Notes: a model not told the origin generated them from the letters alone. 64,000 bases of DNA from Minisyncoccia bacterium (GCA_041738235.1 JBGSQF010000006.1:18261-82260), one strand, 5' to 3'. Positions 20,301 to 29,424 are shown, numbered from the stretch's first letter. Translations and numbers: made by a program.

Positions 20301-21192
20301 CATTCGCATAATAAATAGCCAACCTTCCACCACCTCCGCCACCCTCCTCAGTTCCTCCAGAAGCACCCCCGTCAACTCTAATATCACCACTGCCGGCAAG
20401 TGTGCCCACAGTAAGATAGATAGATCCTCCTGATCCGCCTCCAGCGTCACCACTTCCATCACTCCCCTTCGAATAAATATTTCCCTCTATAGTAAGTGTT
20501 CCGGAAACATTCAATCTTATGACACCACCACCAGACCCACCAATACCGCTATAAGCCCCTCCGCTCGATCCAATGTCCGTTGGCTGGGCAACAGAACCAT
20601 ACGTGACACCCCCAACCGCTTCAGATGCATTTCCTCCATTACCACCGAAACCAGCACCGGAACCGGTAGAAGACCCCTTTACTCCTTTTCCTGGTCCATT
20701 ACCATTATCGGCACTTGCCCCCGCATACCCCTTTCCCGTCACACTTACTGTTCCACCACTTCTTACCGTCATATCACCTCCCACCTCTAGAAAGAGAGAA
20801 TGGATATGTGTAGTAGTATTGGCTGTATGTGTAAGTATTCCCAACTCTCCGATAATGACATCATTCGTAACAATAAGCTTTTTCGTATCTACATCTCCAT
20901 TCTCGATGGTAAAAGTCGAAGTTGTATTCTCTCCAATTGAAAGCGACTGTATTGTTATGGGTCCACCAGAAAGATCGATCGTCGGTTGATTCGTGCCTCC
21001 GTCTATGACAACGTCATCACCACTTTGGGGAGTGGTTGAAGCACAACTGCTCCAGTTAGAAGAGTTGCTCCAGTCTGTAGAAGAAGATCCTGTCCAAGTA
21101 CAGGTACCTGCATAAACCGGAAGTGCGCCAGAAAAAACCCCAAACACACTGAGGTAAAAAAATATAAAAAGAAAGTTTTGTTTTTTCTGCAT
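17338..21192 (-). CDS. Giant (1284 aa) secreted/membrane-anchored surface protein: signal peptide, two tandem Gly-rich beta-solenoid-like modules, FN3/PKD-like region, TM helices flanked by carboxypeptidase-regulatory-like domains
   Basis: Signal peptide FLFIFFYLSVFGVFSGALPVYA. A duplicated module of about 200 aa (..GKGY.G..GNGPG.G....YGS..QPTDIGSSGG...GSDG.GD.GGGSGGS..L.....GSG.I...GG..GGGGGGR.A.YY..) occurs twice. TM cluster FFFIVFVVSFFWTMYAVII. Two CarbopepD_reg-like segments (GTYTIQAEKEGYTFEKE and GVYTVKVSVQNP). Confidence 0.6.
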   Translation of the reverse strand: MQKKQNFLFIFFYLSVFGVFSGALPVYAGTCTWTGSSSTDWSNSSNWSSCASTTPQSGDDVVIDGGTNQPTIDLSGGPITIQSLSIGENTTSTFTIENGDVDTKKLIVTNDVIIGELGILTHTANTTTHIHSLFLEVGGDMTVRSGGTVSVTGKGYAGASADNGNGPGKGVKGSSTGSGAGFGGNGGNASEAVGGVTYGSVAQPTDIGSSGGAYSGIGGSGGGVIRLNVSGTLTIEGNIYSKGSDGSGDAGGGSGGSIYLTVGTLAGSGDIRVDGGASGGTEEGGGGGGRLAIYYANDDTFNGIRTAFGGAGYQRGGAGTIFIKSNSATYGDLVVGNGAVSGSTTTIVESSVFNHLTVRGSARYVIAHDYTITVKEKLSLLTAASITNNGIYNHYQSTLTISANVTWYENGVNPAIGDVQPIKDIIVLGIMEFQNQDILGPAVSFNSMRVAKGGTLTHQANVVNQTKGINLSLARLVINVGGKIDVSGKGYIGTSTSFGEGNGPGRGFGGGGGGFGGRGGVGDHSSTFGGSSYGSDTQPTDIGSSGGSGDAQLSGSGAGAVKIAVTGPISLGGSIVADGSDGEGDYAGGGSGGSVHLQANLFAGSGSISARGGVGGSHGGGGGGGRIALYYNRSTFTGTKNVDGGNGYQSGDAGTIYRKALSLVDQEQRPTNLRIRRVEKGIRLVWQDNTDLENGYSIQRRQGSDAFKEIATVKKNKILYIDTETLVPGATYTYRVRAYKGSTRSAFSNGRRIIIPEKDSEEENFSVSASSSRERLEKGQEATFQVFPDKSGTYTYAWAVDGVVVSKENSFAYRFPTTGLHVVEASVTSATSVKRTASLNVTVIPKPPTVTSIERKDSTLIVKGMADGPGSLTAYIFSSPFSFTGRADTHWSIEYVMKDKDIEQGVHTIYVTYTDENNMTSEGSETKTFVLKSDEIQKQTQEEVVAKGLRTLGHAVTAVTPEFIDNMGSSAIAAVKEMAKDPESSAETLTLAAVIATLFRSFGSVFSPGLLTARGLTQQMVSAFGIVGFFRRKRSWGTTYDANTGNILSYVTLTLINQQTQKKQVIISDRLGRFGFLVDPGTYTIQAEKEGYTFEKETQNSSIFITNIYRGDPIVVTNKEFIRCNILVRKPDIRRSSSFLGFFNVSVWLNSFFFIVFVVSFFWTMYAVIIDRGNLAYWVLLLFNIALFFVRQFTNKSRQWGEVVSKERFSQKGLVFTTISVFDKNERMLSRTMADEHGRYLIFLEAGVYTVKVSVQNPATGESRDAQDTITMEKGGLLVKKWLV

Positions 21193-21225
21193 TACCCGAA
21201 CTATTAAAAAATTTTACTGAATAAA

Positions 21226-21234
21226 ATTATACCA
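21226..21234 (-). promoter_or_regulatory. Extended -10 promoter element (TGgTATAAT) for the giant surface-protein gene
   Basis: The minus-strand sequence tggtataat lies about 35 nt upstream of the start codon at 21192. Confidence 0.4.
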
Positions 21235-21280
21235 CAAAAAAAAGAATTTCTCTACTAAAATACAGTTCATTAAATATAGT

Positions 21281-21316
21281 AAAAAGACCACCCCTTTAGT
21301 AAGGTGGTCTTTTTTA
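21281..21316. terminator. Intrinsic terminator downstream of the GH1 gene
   Basis: agaccacc-cctttagtaa-ggtggtct stem, flanked by an A-run and a T-run. Confidence 0.5.
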
Positions 21317-21424
21317 AAATCTATTTTATGGCCCCACCTCCTGAAACCCATCGGACAAACCTTAAAAACAAGACAATCACCAAAATGATCGATCGCAGTT
21401 TTACAGATCGCCTTGTACAAAAAA

Positions 21425-22675
21425 CTAATTCATCTGATCATCTCGTATAATATCTTTATACACGTGGAAACTCTTTCTCGGTTTCCGTTCGAGTGTTTTT
21501 CGATCTATTTCAACAAGGCCAAATTTTGGCCAGAATCCTTTATCCCATTCAAAGTTGTCCATAAGTGACCAATGGAAATATCCTCGCACATCAACTCCCT
21601 CACTTACCGCCTTTTTTACCGAGGCAATACGTTTTCGCAAGAATTCTCCACGTAGATGATCGTTCGCATCTGCCAAACCGTCTTCCGTCACATACAGTGG
21701 TACACCAACTTTCGCATACTGTTTCAAGATCCCTTTCAATCCTTCAAGATCTACCCCCCATCCCAGATCTGACCGATCTTCCCGCAATTTTACCGATCCA
21801 AACAGACTAACACGAATAGAGAGATAATTCTGCACACCCAAGAAATCATATTTCCCAATAACGCGAGCTAAAAATTGTTCATTCCCCCAATATCTGACAC
21901 AAGCCGAGATCGATCGACTTAAAAAGTATCTCTTTTGGAACTTAAAGGATGTAAGAAACTCTGTGAAACCTACTTGAGCACTTGGATGTATCACTTTCAC
22001 ATCTTGATACGCTCTGGTATGCGCCTTTGCCAGATTTTTATACCCACGTAAAGCCAAAAAAATATTCTTCTTCTGCGGTGGCCACTGTCCCGTTATGTAT
22101 CCATTAGTAATTATACTGTTTGGTTCATTGAAGGTCATAAAGAAAACCACATCCTCCTTCAAAACCTCTACCATCTTCTGAGCATACCGAGAAAACATCT
22201 CAGAGAAATCTTGAGCAAGGATCCCGCCTCTACGTGACAACCAAACAGGCAATGTCCAATGCCAGAGCGTAACAAATGGTTCCAGACCTTTCATGCGAAG
22301 TGCCTTTACCACATCCTTATAATGTCTTAAGGCATCCTCATCGAAAACACCCTCCTCCGGTTCCACTCGCGACCATTCGATAGAAAAACGATGCGCATTA
22401 TGACCACCTTCTCGCACAAGGTCAAAGTCCTCTTCATAGCGATGATAGTGATCGCATGCGATCCCCGAAATATAATTCTTCACATCAAACATCTCAGGAA
22501 ACTTTTTCTGCTGCCAAGGTTCCCATCTTCTCTTCGCCTCATAGACAAGACGATCTGCATTCTCCCGTTCCCATTTAGACCAATCATTTTGTGTATTCCC
22601 CTCTACCTGATGAGCAGAGGTGGCAGCGCCCCAATAAAAAACACTTGGATCTATTTCTGTTTTTGATCGTTCCAT
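21425..22675 (-). CDS. Glycoside hydrolase family 1 (beta-glucosidase / 6-phospho-beta-glucosidase-like)
   Basis: N-terminal FYWGAATSAHQVEGN, acid/base motif TFNEPN, nucleophile region YVTEDG; 416 aa. Confidence 0.8.
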   Translation of the reverse strand: MERSKTEIDPSVFYWGAATSAHQVEGNTQNDWSKWERENADRLVYEAKRRWEPWQQKKFPEMFDVKNYISGIACDHYHRYEEDFDLVREGGHNAHRFSIEWSRVEPEEGVFDEDALRHYKDVVKALRMKGLEPFVTLWHWTLPVWLSRRGGILAQDFSEMFSRYAQKMVEVLKEDVVFFMTFNEPNSIITNGYITGQWPPQKKNIFLALRGYKNLAKAHTRAYQDVKVIHPSAQVGFTEFLTSFKFQKRYFLSRSISACVRYWGNEQFLARVIGKYDFLGVQNYLSIRVSLFGSVKLREDRSDLGWGVDLEGLKGILKQYAKVGVPLYVTEDGLADANDHLRGEFLRKRIASVKKAVSEGVDVRGYFHWSLMDNFEWDKGFWPKFGLVEIDRKTLERKPRKSFHVYKDIIRDDQMN

Positions 22676-22709
22676 AATCTCTATCTCTTATTCCATCGAG
22701 GCCTGTTAC

Positions 22710-24527
22710 TTAAACCACATTCTCTTCCGTTTGTTTCACATTTGTCACTCTTTTCTGTAATAAAAAAGCTGTGCTTAAGAAGAGCGCTCCAACCACAAAA
22801 AACGTAATGATCTTTTCAACAGAGCTCATAGTCCAAAACTCGACCAAGAAAAGACGTGCAAGCACGATGATAAACAAAGCCATTCCTATTCTTTGCATAG
22901 ATGGGCGTCCCCACAGAATGCCTGACACATGAAAATACAATCCGACGCCCGTAAACAGAATGAGCGCAATCATGCTTGCCACATAGTATCCGGTGACCAC
23001 CTCATGAAGAAAGAACCAAACAAACAGGAGACTATACGCTACAAACAATACTTTTGAAAATGCCACAATGGAAAATTCTCCGTTCTCCCGCTTGGGCACA
23101 AGATAATACCCCGCGAAAAGAACCGCTCCATAGACCATGGCTAGGACTCCCAGAACAAAAAGATGTTCTACCGCAAAAGTAGAAACATTCAACGCTAGTC
23201 TTTCTAATTTATCATACCTCTCAAAAGAGAGCAGTTTCTCGATATTTCCAAATGACAGTATCGTAGGCCAGAGCATAAGGAGTGTTAGAACCTTTCCCGC
23301 CTGAAATCCTCGCTCACGGAACAAAATAAATGAGGCGATTGCCAATCCTCCGATCTCTACAGCAAGAAGTGTTGTCAATAAAGATCCATCCAACATTTTT
23401 GCCGTCGCCGCAAAAAGAAAACCTGCAGAGACAGCAGCATACATAAGTATAGGTTCTCGCATGCGAAGAAATAAGAAAAAGACGTAAGCACTTAAAGCAA
23501 ATACAAGGGCCGCTATAGTAAACACCAGACCAATGAATTCAGCATCAACAGTCATTACGACCCACGAAAAAAAAGTAAATCCCACCAATGCAGCAAGCCC
23601 TAGATCATACTCTTTGGCCGATCGAGTGACCGCCATAACGCCAACATTCGCAAAATAGAAAAGACAGGTGAAACAGAGCATTATAAAGAAATTTAGGAAT
23701 GTCCGTTCAATATCACCGGCTATAAAAGAAAGAATGGTGTAAAAGAAAACCCCGATCAAGGCCGTAAGCGTTGTCGCACGCCACCCCAATATCACATCCA
23801 AAACAATAACCCCGAAAGAAAGGACAAAAAGATACCCTGCCAGAATATTGATCTCCACATGTCCCCACACAAAAAGCGGTGCCACAAAACCATATATGAG
23901 CGTCGCAAAAGAAAGCGACCGCGATGCACGAAAACCACTCAGAACCATCATATACGCCGTTACAACTCCCATAAAGAAAAGTCCCACAATAGGGGTATAG
24001 AAATTATACAACGTCATACCAGCAAATACCGAAACATAGATTGAAGCAACTCCACCAGTAAGGAGTGCGATCCCCTGAATAGATGATCGAGCAAACCTCC
24101 ATGTTCCCATACCAAGAAGGATTCCCCCAAAGATCACCCCCAACAAAACCCGTCCGATCGGACCAATCCAATCATGAGAGAATGCATAAGTAACAAACCA
24201 TCCAAGAGATAGAACCAGGAGAAGCACTCCTACTTTAACTAACCAATTCTCTCCCAAAAAGTCGGTCTTACTCTCAAACATAGTACGCAAAGACACAAGT
24301 GGATCCAATGGTTGCTGAGAACTTTTCGAGACTTTCGCATCAGAAACAAACGACCCGTTTAACCCCTGTGTGTTCACAACTGCCCCCTGATCTTTTGTCT
24401 GAACAGGTGTCGAAATAAGAGACTCCCCTGAGGAAGACTTTTGTCTGAGCACTTTCTCGATATTTTCTATGCGCCGATAGCAGTCGATTATAAAAAATAC
24501 TAGCAATAAAAATACTATCGTGCTCAT
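22710..24527 (-). CDS. Polytopic membrane protein (DUF2339-like: N-terminal anchor, Ser/Gln-rich linker, about 16 TM helices)
   Basis: The ENWLVKVGVLLLVLSLGWF start and long run of TM helices resemble the DUF2339 architecture. No catalytic motif recognised. Confidence 0.45.
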   Translation of the reverse strand: MSTIVFLLLVFFIIDCYRRIENIEKVLRQKSSSGESLISTPVQTKDQGAVVNTQGLNGSFVSDAKVSKSSQQPLDPLVSLRTMFESKTDFLGENWLVKVGVLLLVLSLGWFVTYAFSHDWIGPIGRVLLGVIFGGILLGMGTWRFARSSIQGIALLTGGVASIYVSVFAGMTLYNFYTPIVGLFFMGVVTAYMMVLSGFRASRSLSFATLIYGFVAPLFVWGHVEINILAGYLFVLSFGVIVLDVILGWRATTLTALIGVFFYTILSFIAGDIERTFLNFFIMLCFTCLFYFANVGVMAVTRSAKEYDLGLAALVGFTFFSWVVMTVDAEFIGLVFTIAALVFALSAYVFFLFLRMREPILMYAAVSAGFLFAATAKMLDGSLLTTLLAVEIGGLAIASFILFRERGFQAGKVLTLLMLWPTILSFGNIEKLLSFERYDKLERLALNVSTFAVEHLFVLGVLAMVYGAVLFAGYYLVPKRENGEFSIVAFSKVLFVAYSLLFVWFFLHEVVTGYYVASMIALILFTGVGLYFHVSGILWGRPSMQRIGMALFIIVLARLFLVEFWTMSSVEKIITFFVVGALFLSTAFLLQKRVTNVKQTEENVV

Positions 24528-24576
24528 ACAAAATGTTGTTATTTGAGTTTTTATTTAATATGGAAATGCGGAAAAC

Positions 24577-24855
24577 TTAACGCATTGTTTGGATCTTTTT
24601 TCGAAGATCTTTGTGCTCCTCCTCCTTCAAGCGCAGATCTTCTTCTGCTTTTCTTAACTTTCTTTCTAACTCCTCCTTCTCAGCATGTATGTCACGTTCC
24701 TTCTTGTCCACCATCCGCAACGCCATCCCAGCGTCGTCAACAGCTCTTTTAAGAGCAATAATATCAGATTGGAGTATCATCTCATCCCGCTCCATCTCAA
24801 TCTTCCGAATACGATCTTCTTGTTCGTCACCACTAGATCCTGTGTTGTAAGTCAT
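24577..24855 (-). CDS. Small (92 aa) charged coiled-coil protein
   Basis: ORF dominated by E/K/R heptads (ERKLRKAEEDLRLKEEEHKDLRKK); lies directly downstream of the ATPase gene. Confidence 0.35.
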   Translation of the reverse strand: MTYNTGSSGDEQEDRIRKIEMERDEMILQSDIIALKRAVDDAGMALRMVDKKERDIHAEKEELERKLRKAEEDLRLKEEEHKDLRKKIQTMR

Positions 24856-24899
24856 AGAGTAAAAATTAAAACGCTCTTTAAAATAACAAGAGACACGCC

Positions 24900-26810
24900 T
24901 CAGCTATCAGACTCTTCCCTTGAGGCCTTTTGTAACAGTGTCTTAACTGCATTGATATCGGGTTCTGAGCGCTTTCTCAGAGGTTTGAATCTCTTAGGGG
25001 CCACATGATGCATCTGGGAAAGACGCATAGGTTCATCACGCGTTATATATGCCACAGGCTCTACATTTTGCTCAAGTTTTACTGTTTCCTCACGAGATGA
25101 TTTTGCAATAACAACGTTCTCCACCGTTGTTTTGACCACACTCGATCCAGATGCAACTTGAGTCTTCGCCATCGTCCGCTGGTATTCCTTGAGACACTCT
25201 TTGCAAAAAGTTGGGCGACGCCCATCTGGCACGAATGGAAGTTGTATCTTCAGCCCACAAGTGTCACAAAATGCATCGTACAAAACCCTCTCCGACGTAC
25301 GTCCTTCTTTTTTTACCTCTTCTTTTGGTAGAGAAACGGATGTCGATGCCACAACATTTTTCGTTCCTCCAGGCACGTCTTTTTTGACCAACTTCCGTGG
25401 TTGAGCAATAGAACTCGAAATTCTTTCAACAGAAGCAACTTCTCGCCTCCTTGGCGACAAAGGGTTCTTATGATCAGCCAAAGAAGCTTCCCTGCTGGGT
25501 TCTTGGACTGTCTGTACTGGCGGAGCAAATACACCACTCCATTCTCTGATTCCCTCTTCTACATCTTCTTTTGAGTAAGAATAAGATTCACGAGAACTGC
25601 CTATAACATCCTCAGAAACATCCTGTACATTCTCTGTCTCGATCGGAGGCAAGGTTGTCGCACTAAAAGCATCTCCAGCAATACCATCAATCATGAGCTT
25701 TAGATAAATGTGGTACTTTGGCAGATTGACCACATCATTCATCATGAAAACCGGCTCGAATTCTTTCTCCAAAAATTCAGCATCCATGGCTCCAACACGA
25801 AACGCGATGAGCGTCCCTGCATTTCCAAAAATAGCATCCCGCACGATCTCATCGATCTGGGTCACATATTGATTTGCAAGAATAAGGTTCAGACGATACT
25901 TTCTCGCCTCAGAAAGAATGTTGGCAAATGATTCCGTGGCAAAGTTTTGAAACTCATCTACATAGAGGTAAAAATCATTTCGAACATTTTCAGGAATATC
26001 CACTCGAGCCATTGCCGCCATCTGTATCTTCGTGATCATCATAGCTCCTAAAAGAGCACTGTTATCTTCTCCGATCCGTCCCTTTGCAAGATTGAGTATC
26101 AAGATCTTTCTGTTATCCATCGCTTCACGGATATTAAAAGACGATTTTGTTTGTCCTACAATATTACGGATCAAGGAGGTAGAAAGGAATTGTCCTACCT
26201 TGTTCTGGATAGGCGAGATCACTTCCTGCAACACTCGGTCATTCCACTTTGAAAATTCATCTACCCAAAACGACTTAACAACGGGATCGGTAACGCAATT
26301 GACCACCTGTGCACGATATTTTTTATCCACCAAAATGCGCATGACTCCCAATAAGGTACTTCCTGGATATTCCAGCAAAGCAAGGATGGCATTGCGTAAA
26401 ATATATTCAAGTCGCGGTCCCCATGACTCAGCCCACAGTTTTTTAAATACTCCTATCAGTCCAGATGCTACCAAATGCCGATATTCCGGGGCTACCTGCT
26501 CCATCACATTGAAAGCGATCGGAAACGCCTGGTCTGCAGGATTAAAATAGATCACATCTTTTATTCGATCCGGTGGGATCATTCGTATAAGTTTCTCAGC
26601 CGTATCTCCGTGCGGGTCAACATATGCCACACCGTGTCCATTTTGAATATCCTGCAAAACCAAATGTTCCAAAAGATTGGTCTTTCCCATTCCAGTCTTT
26701 CCAATGATGTACATATGTCGCCTTCGATCATCCGTCTTGATACCAAAAATAGCCTCCTGTCCACGGAAGTTTGTTTTGGCAAAATACGTTATATCATGAG
26801 ATTGAGGCAT
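24900..26810 (-). CDS. Soluble TraD/VirD4-HerA-superfamily ATPase (type IV coupling-protein-like) with C-terminal CxxC..CxxC zinc ribbon
   Basis: HMYIIGKTGMGKTNLLEHL (Walker A) ... VAYVDPHGD (the DPxGD box of TraD/TrwB/HerA) ... FYLYVDEFQNF (Walker B) ... CDTCGLKIQLPFVPDGRRPTFCKEC. No N-terminal TM anchor. Confidence 0.6.
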   Translation of the reverse strand: MPQSHDITYFAKTNFRGQEAIFGIKTDDRRRHMYIIGKTGMGKTNLLEHLVLQDIQNGHGVAYVDPHGDTAEKLIRMIPPDRIKDVIYFNPADQAFPIAFNVMEQVAPEYRHLVASGLIGVFKKLWAESWGPRLEYILRNAILALLEYPGSTLLGVMRILVDKKYRAQVVNCVTDPVVKSFWVDEFSKWNDRVLQEVISPIQNKVGQFLSTSLIRNIVGQTKSSFNIREAMDNRKILILNLAKGRIGEDNSALLGAMMITKIQMAAMARVDIPENVRNDFYLYVDEFQNFATESFANILSEARKYRLNLILANQYVTQIDEIVRDAIFGNAGTLIAFRVGAMDAEFLEKEFEPVFMMNDVVNLPKYHIYLKLMIDGIAGDAFSATTLPPIETENVQDVSEDVIGSSRESYSYSKEDVEEGIREWSGVFAPPVQTVQEPSREASLADHKNPLSPRRREVASVERISSSIAQPRKLVKKDVPGGTKNVVASTSVSLPKEEVKKEGRTSERVLYDAFCDTCGLKIQLPFVPDGRRPTFCKECLKEYQRTMAKTQVASGSSVVKTTVENVVIAKSSREETVKLEQNVEPVAYITRDEPMRLSQMHHVAPKRFKPLRKRSEPDINAVKTLLQKASREESDS

Positions 26811-26849
26811 AGGCGTTTAGAAATATTTGAGATATTCAAATAAAAACCA

Positions 26850-28133
26850 CTATACGGGCAAATTTGCCGGAGCGCTACTTTTCTTAGCATCCACTCGTCT
26901 CAAATACGGAGACTGTACCACCATATCAGGCATATGAAAAACCGATGCAAGTTCCTTGGTACTTAAAATGAATGTTTTACCATCCGTATCCCGATCCTTA
27001 TATCGTCGAAAGATCTTCCGTTGTCGATACCGAAGACGCGTTTCCCGAGCAAAAAAGTTAGCAAATGTCTTTGATGTATTGTCTGGTTTAAAACTATTCA
27101 AGTTCATATCGGCAAATTGCTTGATACCTCCGATAAAAGACGAAACCACAGATTTATTAAACTGCTCTCTTCGCCCCAAATACACAAACCTCATTTTTGT
27201 TTTAAAGACATTTCTTCCGACATTCGCTTCCAAGGCCTCCAAGGCCTTCCTCTCTCCAGGAGTAAGCCTAAGATCAAGGGGATCCTCTCCCGCCTTCTCC
27301 TCCCCCTTCTTGGCCCACACCGGCTGTTGAAATAATGCTGGAATAATATTTTTTGCAAATTCCCCTACTCCACCAACTACACCTTCAATAACACTCACCT
27401 TCTTGACCTTTTTCTTTCGACCTGCAAGTTCTTCCACTAGTTCATGCCCCTCTTTGCTCCACGATTCATTCAAAGGAACAATCACGATCTGAAACCAAGT
27501 CTTTTGATCCATCCCCACTTTTCCAAGCGCTTCAATGAGTCCTGCCATAGGATCGATCATCTTTCCTGTAATATCCTCCTCAAAAAAATCATACGTCTTA
27601 ATTGGAAGCGGGTCTGGTCCCACAAGCTGCATATCGGTTCCCCATAGATCCCATTCTTTATTTGGCATCACACCGGGAACATCATAGATATAATCCTCTA
27701 CTTCTCGGATCTCTACGTCGGGATATTGAGCATACAAATGTGACTCGACAAGATTTCTATATGGCTTCGGCGTTCGAATATAAAGATGCACCACCCCCGA
27801 TTCACCCATCATTTCTAAACTAAATTTAGTGGTAAATTTCCCATCTATAAATTCTTCCAATACGTTGAATGTGGAAAGAATACCCGCCATTGCCGAGTAA
27901 AGAGACTCCATGATCTTTGGACTTTTTTCGAGATTTTGAGGAGGAAATATCTCAAGAAGAACATATTCTATCGTACCAGCATATTTTATCTGGATGTGGT
28001 CTACCCACAGCAGCAAAAATATCGGGTAGAACATGATCGGCAAAACAACATACCATACCAACGAGAAAAAGCGCCATGCCGAGGCGATATCCGCTCCCAT
28101 CCCTTGGAATGTTCCTAGGAGGAGTTCCATCAT
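26850..28133 (-). CDS. Membrane protein (2 N-terminal TM helices plus about 350-aa soluble domain), partner of the coupling-protein-like ATPase
   Basis: TM helices FFSLVWYVVLPIMFYPIFLLLWV. Sits immediately upstream of the ATPase on the same strand with a 40-nt gap. No known domain recognised. Confidence 0.45.
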   Translation of the reverse strand: MMELLLGTFQGMGADIASAWRFFSLVWYVVLPIMFYPIFLLLWVDHIQIKYAGTIEYVLLEIFPPQNLEKSPKIMESLYSAMAGILSTFNVLEEFIDGKFTTKFSLEMMGESGVVHLYIRTPKPYRNLVESHLYAQYPDVEIREVEDYIYDVPGVMPNKEWDLWGTDMQLVGPDPLPIKTYDFFEEDITGKMIDPMAGLIEALGKVGMDQKTWFQIVIVPLNESWSKEGHELVEELAGRKKKVKKVSVIEGVVGGVGEFAKNIIPALFQQPVWAKKGEEKAGEDPLDLRLTPGERKALEALEANVGRNVFKTKMRFVYLGRREQFNKSVVSSFIGGIKQFADMNLNSFKPDNTSKTFANFFARETRLRYRQRKIFRRYKDRDTDGKTFILSTKELASVFHMPDMVVQSPYLRRVDAKKSSAPANLPV

Positions 28134-28195
28134 TCTTATTTTATTTTTAAAATAATGATTCGATCATCATCCTTATGAATATGCCGTCGATCGAC

Positions 28196-29263
28196 CTACA
28201 AGGCTGAATTCGAATCTTTGTCAGGCAACGCATATGTATCCCTTCCAACCTTCCTAAAATGCATATTAAGATTGATAAGAATAGTGGTTGCTTTCACCTC
28301 TTTTTCTCTCAAAACCGAAGCATAGATCTCTTTTCGACTCATAGACTTTTTAGAAGCACGCAATACTTTCTCTATAGCATCACGAACCGTACCTCCTTCA
28401 TGTCCCCATTCACGCAAACCATAAACACCCCTACCTACCAAGGAAAAGATGGGATCCTTGATCAATTCGTTATGTGCCGTTTGCGGATTAGTTGGTTTAC
28501 GTCTCCCAAGACCATGTTCATCAATGTGGCGAGCGATGTCTCGGAAATGTAATGGCTTCTTTCCATATTTTAGCACAAGATATGCTTTATCGCGAGTACT
28601 CTTTGGATTCACCTCAGGCCAGTGTACCAATCCCCAATGACCGAAGGGATTTACTGCCAATTTTGCACTCGTTTGAAGATAAGATTCGAAGTGTGGTTTT
28701 TCCAAGGCATCGGGACGGATCGAGCGAAGAGCATCATACACTTCATCAAAAACGAAAGGACGTCCTTCTTTTTCAAATATAGCATGGATGACATTCAATA
28801 TCTGATCATACATTTCCATGTCAAAGTCCGACAAAAGCACCGATGGTCTAAACCGAGGATCTCGCTCAAGCACAGCGAATCGATCGGAGTAATCCAAAAA
28901 GAGATCTATTGCGCCCCTCTCAGCAAGGTCCTCCCCTGAAATAGTCTGATAAAGGTCCTGTTTTGCAGCGATCCCCCCTCGACTACGAAGAATGGACTCT
29001 AATGTCTCTATAGCAGCCTGAACCTCTTCCTTGCTTCGTGACCCAAAATCACGAAGAACTTGTTGGATGATCTGACGAATACGTTCACGAGTGATCCCAT
29101 ATCGCTCTCCGATAGATTCCAACGTCATCGGTTTTCCTTTTCCATAAATATCAAAACGACTTTTCACAATATCTTGTGTTCGTTTCGGAAAATTCTCCAA
29201 CTCCCTTTCCACGATTTCTCGAAAAGAAAATGGGCTTCTTCTGTTTAAAGCATCAAAAGACAT
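28196..29263 (-). CDS. DNA-binding protein with sigma-70 region-4-like HTH and C-terminal HARE-HTH-like winged helix
   Basis: TLESIGERYGITRERIRQI is a sigma r4 signature; the C-terminus has VGRGVYGLREWG, typical of HARE-HTH. Confidence 0.5.
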   Translation of the reverse strand: MSFDALNRRSPFSFREIVERELENFPKRTQDIVKSRFDIYGKGKPMTLESIGERYGITRERIRQIIQQVLRDFGSRSKEEVQAAIETLESILRSRGGIAAKQDLYQTISGEDLAERGAIDLFLDYSDRFAVLERDPRFRPSVLLSDFDMEMYDQILNVIHAIFEKEGRPFVFDEVYDALRSIRPDALEKPHFESYLQTSAKLAVNPFGHWGLVHWPEVNPKSTRDKAYLVLKYGKKPLHFRDIARHIDEHGLGRRKPTNPQTAHNELIKDPIFSLVGRGVYGLREWGHEGGTVRDAIEKVLRASKKSMSRKEIYASVLREKEVKATTILINLNMHFRKVGRDTYALPDKDSNSAL

Positions 29264-29424
29264 ATTTTTATCAGTAATACCAAAAATAAGATTTCAACCA
29301 ATACTAACACCGATAAGCATTTTTGTCAATAGCTAATTACGCTCACGGTCGTTACCGAAAAAAAAGACCAAAAAAAGAAGTTTATCCCTTATTTTTGGCC
29401 TTATAATAGCACACTCAGAAATGC

